Assembly: GCA_036172245.1 (NCBI GenBank) | Contig: JAYWIR010000045.1 | Span: forward strand, 434,001-498,000 | Length of the DNA: 64,000 bases | Source: Raillietiella orientalis | Taxonomy: Eukaryota | Reading direction: 5' to 3' | Shown: in pieces, positions 59,511 to 64,000 of the stretch | Numbering within the stretch: the first letter of the stretch is position 1 | Layout: every line of letters begins with the position of its first letter | Translations under genes and position numbers: made by a program | Notes under the pieces: model-generated | Told to the model about the DNA's origin: nothing | Database searches by the model: none | What the model saw: only the letters and a program-made list of their open reading frames with translations

Positions 59511-60249
59511 GGGTTCGAAGTATTGCGAGGAGTGTGCTACCCGTGTGGTTCCCGGTGACCACCGGAAGCTTGGAAGCGACTTCGTCGGGGTGAGCAGAGC
59601 CTCGGTGGACTTGCGCCAGCGAATCCGCAAGTATCTGAAAATGACCTTTTAGCTGGCCTTCGTTCCATAACCACTGTATAGCTTCCAACTGTAACCCCCC
59701 ATCTTTCTCCTTCCCACTGGGCCTTTCGAAAAGGGGAAGGGGTGGGAGGTCGACACGATGCAGGAAACAAATTCGAGGGTATCCCTAAAGATAACACTCA
59801 GGCTAGGGAGTAGGAGGAGGATCGACTCCTTTCTAACAGCCTTCTGCTGCTGTTTCCTCCCGCGATCCAGGAGCTCTCAGAGGTCTCTGAAGATAGGAAC
59901 GCTAAGCCTGCGGATCTGGTATACCGACTCTTCCTGAGGATAAAGGTGAAAATGATCCGAGGTCGAAGGGCAACAGTGGTCCTCCTTAGCGGAGCATTCG
60001 AGGCACACTGCCTCGGTGTGACAGTGTCCCTCTCCAATGAAGCCGTGCATCCCCTGGCCGAGGAGAGATGTGGGGGGAGACGCAGCGCGCAGCCTGCCGC
60101 GCGCGCCCAAGGGATAACTAGGAGAAACCCGCCGAGAAACGAAACGGGATATATGAATACGGCGGTAACTGAAGAGGGAGTTGACGCAAAAAAGAGTGTG
60201 CTGATAAGAGAGGCAGGGGGTAGGAGAAGGGGCAGGGAGGTCCGATCGA

Positions 60250-60600
60250 CCTGCCGGGACCCCGGAAACCGACATCTCTTCCGTGAAGAGCTCTACCCAG
60301 CACTGCTTGCGAATGCTTTGGAAGAGATGCTGTGGGGAAGAACAAGAACATGCAGAATCCGGAAAAGCACTTGAAGAGATCTGCGAAGCTGAAGAAAATT
60401 TCTTCCTTCCCCTTGCTGCCTCCCCCGGAAGGACGCAGAAGCGCTGCTGGGAGAAAGAGGAGTCCTGAGGTCGAACTAGCAGGGCGGCTGCGCACGTTTC
60501 CAGGAAAGGAGCGCCTCCAGCATCGAGGTTTCTCCTCGTACCATTCGATGGGACGAGTTCCTGACTTCCGGTTTACGCGCCCGCCGTCCGAGCACATTGA
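60250..60600 (+). mobile_element. Decayed LINE ORF2 C-terminus and 3' UTR, related to 10870-11246
   Basis: Cys/His-containing fragments (NRHLFREEL, CCGEE), then nucleotide motifs shared with 10980-11112. Confidence 0.35.
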
Positions 60601-63600
60601 TACCATGACGCAAGCATGAAAAGACGGATGTATGGAACCATCCACCGGTCTCGGAAGCGTATCCCTCCTCCATCTCAATCTTTTTTTTTTTTTTTCCTTT
60701 CAATAAGGAGCAAAAAAATGAAACCAGAAGAGGAAAAAAAAACACTCAGCATTTTGTTGAGCTGCTTTCCTCAGCAAGAGCAGCAGTCCTTCCCTTCCCT
60801 CTTCACAAATTGATTCCGAAATCAAAGGAAGCCCCTGGATGTTTTCTTTTTGGTCTCAGAGGCTATTGCACGAGAGAAAGCGAAAGTGATAGGGTGGCAT
60901 CCCAGCATATTCATCCTCTCCCTCCCTGTCCTCCTCCTCTCCTCGATATGGGCGCGGAGTTCACCCTGGCGTCTTCAGCGCCCTCATAGCCGGGCCAGGC
61001 CAAGAGTGGGCAGCCCGAGAGGTTCCACATCAGATGGGACTCCGTTTCGACCAGCGGGCCACGCCCGCCCTCGTGATTTTCGCTGGAGAGAACTCTTGCT
61101 TTTGCTGCCACGTCCTCTCGGGGAGTTCACCCCCTCCCCCTTCCGCGTTGCCGCGCGTGGAGACAACATGGGATCATGCAGGGTGTTTAGCGCGGGTCCG
61201 GGGGTTTGCACGCCCTCATTTGTCTCCTCGTGATGCGAAAGATTCCTCTCTCAAGAAGAATCGCTTCTCTTGGCTCATCTAGAAATGATCTGTGCCGTCA
61301 GCTTGGATGACATGCACTCCAGAAAAACGGAAGCAGCAGCCAGAGTCCAGGAATCTGTGACACAATGGTGTCCAGCCCGAAGGGAGAGCAAGAAATGCGA
61401 CTTCACAGGACAGATGAAGATCGAGAGCCCCGCCACCATCTGCAGCTCTGCGAGGCTGATTCTCTGCTTCCCCGCGAAGGGATGAGGGGGAAGAATGAGC
61501 GCGCGCGTCCTCATTAGGGTTAGACGAATTTCCCAAACCCCACTCTGACCTTCTTTTTACCTCCTGCCCCCTGACCTTCTTCTGAAATCTTCCGCCTTTC
61601 CTTCACCTCTTCTGAGAACTTTCTCCTCGTCCGGGATGGCTTCGAAAGAGGAGAGAGTCCGCTTCAGTTGCCTGAAGGCAAGATTTCCTTCGAGCGGGGA
61701 AAACCGGAACTTCACAGCGCCGGTGACCCGAAACGGGCGAGGAGCGGCGTCTGGTTCCAGGTATGACCGAATAGCACGCCATCCCTTCCCTGCACGTGAG
61801 AAATGTGTGCCTGCACGCACGGCTCCGGAGGGAGTGGCCGGTGCTCGCATCCCACCCTAACAGCGATGGAGCGTTGGGGAGAAAACCATGCGAAACGAGA
61901 TCTAGAGCGATGCAACCATCACGAACAGGCGCCCGAGTTTGAGGAACAACTGACGGACTTGGACTCCACGGTAGAGAAAGAGGGGGAAATTAGGGAGAGG
62001 CAAAATCACTTTCGCAACAGCCAGCTCCATGTGAGTATTCTCTGCTGTTGCTGTGTTCGTGTTTCCTGCTGCTTTCAACGCGTACGGCAAGTCAGCATCT
62101 GGACCAAGCTCCCGTTCTTGAGCATCATGCATCGCACAATCCCGTCTTTGCTTCCCCCGGAGCTCTCACTTCCACCGGTGGTCTGCAGCGCTATTCGTTC
62201 TCCGGAAGGAAGGGAAGAGAAGGGATGGAGAAGGAAGTGGAGTATCGTAAGACGACCTTCCTTCTTTCCTCTCCCAGGTCCAAACCCCAGAAATAGGTTT
62301 GTTGGAATTTGGGGACCGCCTACAAAGTTGTTAGGAAGCAGCACTGCTTTGGGCATCCGCAAGCACCTGTGGGGTGGACGGGAACGAATAGGGTCTGAAA
62401 AGGCCACGTGGTGAAGGTGCCACGAAACGAGCGGGTTTCCTCTCGAGATCAAGATGCTGCGAAGTTTCAGGTCTTCAGCGAGGAAAACGCGGCAATGCTG
62501 TCCATCACTCTGCCCCCTTGTGAGATCTGTCACACTTTAGAACACTTTGTGTGCACAGCTACAGCTGGCCTGATCGACCACGCATTGCTACCACGGAAAC
62601 CGATTCCTTGCGAGCATCTTCGCTGGCGCTAGAATACAGGACAGTGCATGTGCACAACGTAAAGATGAAACCCGACCGCATTTTCACCTGCAGTGAACCG
62701 GGAACGCATCAAAAGAGGGAAGGGTTCTTCTCAATCTCCCTCATCTTCGTAATTTGCTCAGACCAGTTCGATGGCCCCTTCTCCTCCCGGTTACGGGAGG
62801 CTTCAGTCCGTGCCGCGTGTCCTGTTCTTCTGGATACAAGACTTACGGCCTGGTCACCGTGTAAGAAAGGCACTCCAGGCAACGAGGCCAGAAAAAGCAG
62901 CCCTACTTTTTCTTCGTTCGCTCTTGGATTTTCGACATCTTGTCGGGAGGCGGAGGATCCGTCGCCATTCCCATCACTACTTTGTCGCCCGTTCATCCTC
63001 CCCCTCGGCGCTCTTGCAAGGCGATGGACGAGAAGCATCATCATCCATGCGAGGGGGGTTCCTGCTTCGCGGCCGGCCCGCTTTCCGGAACGGGGGGAGC
63101 CCTGGTCGCGGGAGCACTGCCTCTCCGCACGCTCCGACTCTCTGTCGATACGCGTTCCGCCCGCCGGCACATCATCCCCGAGCCCGTCTCTGAGCACGGC
63201 GTCGTTCTCTGGATCCCCAGGCGGGCGCTGCCGGAACCCCCCAGTCGGTTCGCAGCCATTTCGGTCCGTGCAGATCCGGAAGCGGAATTCTCTTCCGCGT
63301 TCCCAGAGAAGAACCCAAGTCCAGATGCGCCTGATTCCTCCGAGGTGGCTGCTGTCTCTGCTTCCTGAGCAATGGAGCGGACAACCTGCCTCCCCGTTGC
63401 CTGAGGCAAGTCCAGCAACCCACGGTTAGCTTCTCGTGTTCTCTCGTGGGCTGCTCGTCCATCCGTTCAGCTGCCGGTCCCGTGTCGGGTGCAGCTGAAG
63501 ATCGAGGCTTCCGCTGGACCGCGGAAGTACTTTTCTCTTTTCCCGGGTCTTGGTCCAAGCGAGCGATTCTTCTCGTTTCCGCGTGCGTGCTTCACCTCGC

Positions 63601-64000
63601 AGGTGGTGGTCGGGCTGTGTCGTCAGCACCCGGACCTTCTCGATGAAGCGAAGGCTCTTGGAGAGAGCGCGGTTTCGCGCGTTCGGGTGTGCAGGGACGT
63701 CGTTGTTCGTTGACGTCAGAACCGACAACTGAACCTCTATCTGTCTGCTGCATTCTCTTTCTATCCTCCTTAAAAGCCTCCAAACGGAATTCTCGCTAGA
63801 AGTCGCTTTTGAGTGAGCGGATAGCGTCCAGAATGGCAGCTCATCTATCTTTGCTTGCGAGACGAAGTTGTTCTCCAGATCTGGAAATCGGCAAAGGTCA
63901 TGGGCTGGATGCAACCACCAGCTCTCGGTCTCTTCGAATTGCTTTCTGGAGACGTAAGGACAGTTCTCTTGGATCGAAAGAACGAAATGAGATCGAAAGA

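Noticed and set aside
62000..64000. Intact gag/ORF1 plus endonuclease gene on the minus strand
   Set aside because: Only faint LINE-like hints (LVQMLTCRTR) in broken frames; too weak to annotate.

Overview
Eukaryotic genomic DNA, almost certainly arthropod (short GT-AG introns, arthropod-type mitochondrial EF-Tu2, an SVWC gene). The window has two compositional compartments. The left ~33 kb is AT-rich and CpG-depleted. It holds five compact conserved genes: CCDC112 (+) tail-to-tail with fructose-1,6-bisphosphatase (-), DDX54 (-) directly followed by an intronless mitochondrial EF-Tu2 (-), and mRpL22 (-). Between them lie decayed DNA transposons (hAT, Tigger with nested piggyBac) and a ~6 kb unassigned decayed coding-like block with an internal paralogous duplication. 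The right ~27 kb is GC/CpG-rich. It holds one clear 3-exon secreted single-domain VWC gene, a histone H3 pseudogene split by nested insertions, and many old non-LTR retrotransposon relics. It also holds three copies of a tRNA-headed SINE-like element whose body is a variable-number array (about 9, 12 and 11 units) of regularly spaced palindromic hairpins, with a compensatory base-pair change between copies. That hairpin-array element is the most unusual structure seen. All calls are by eye and from recalled family motifs; no database searches were run.
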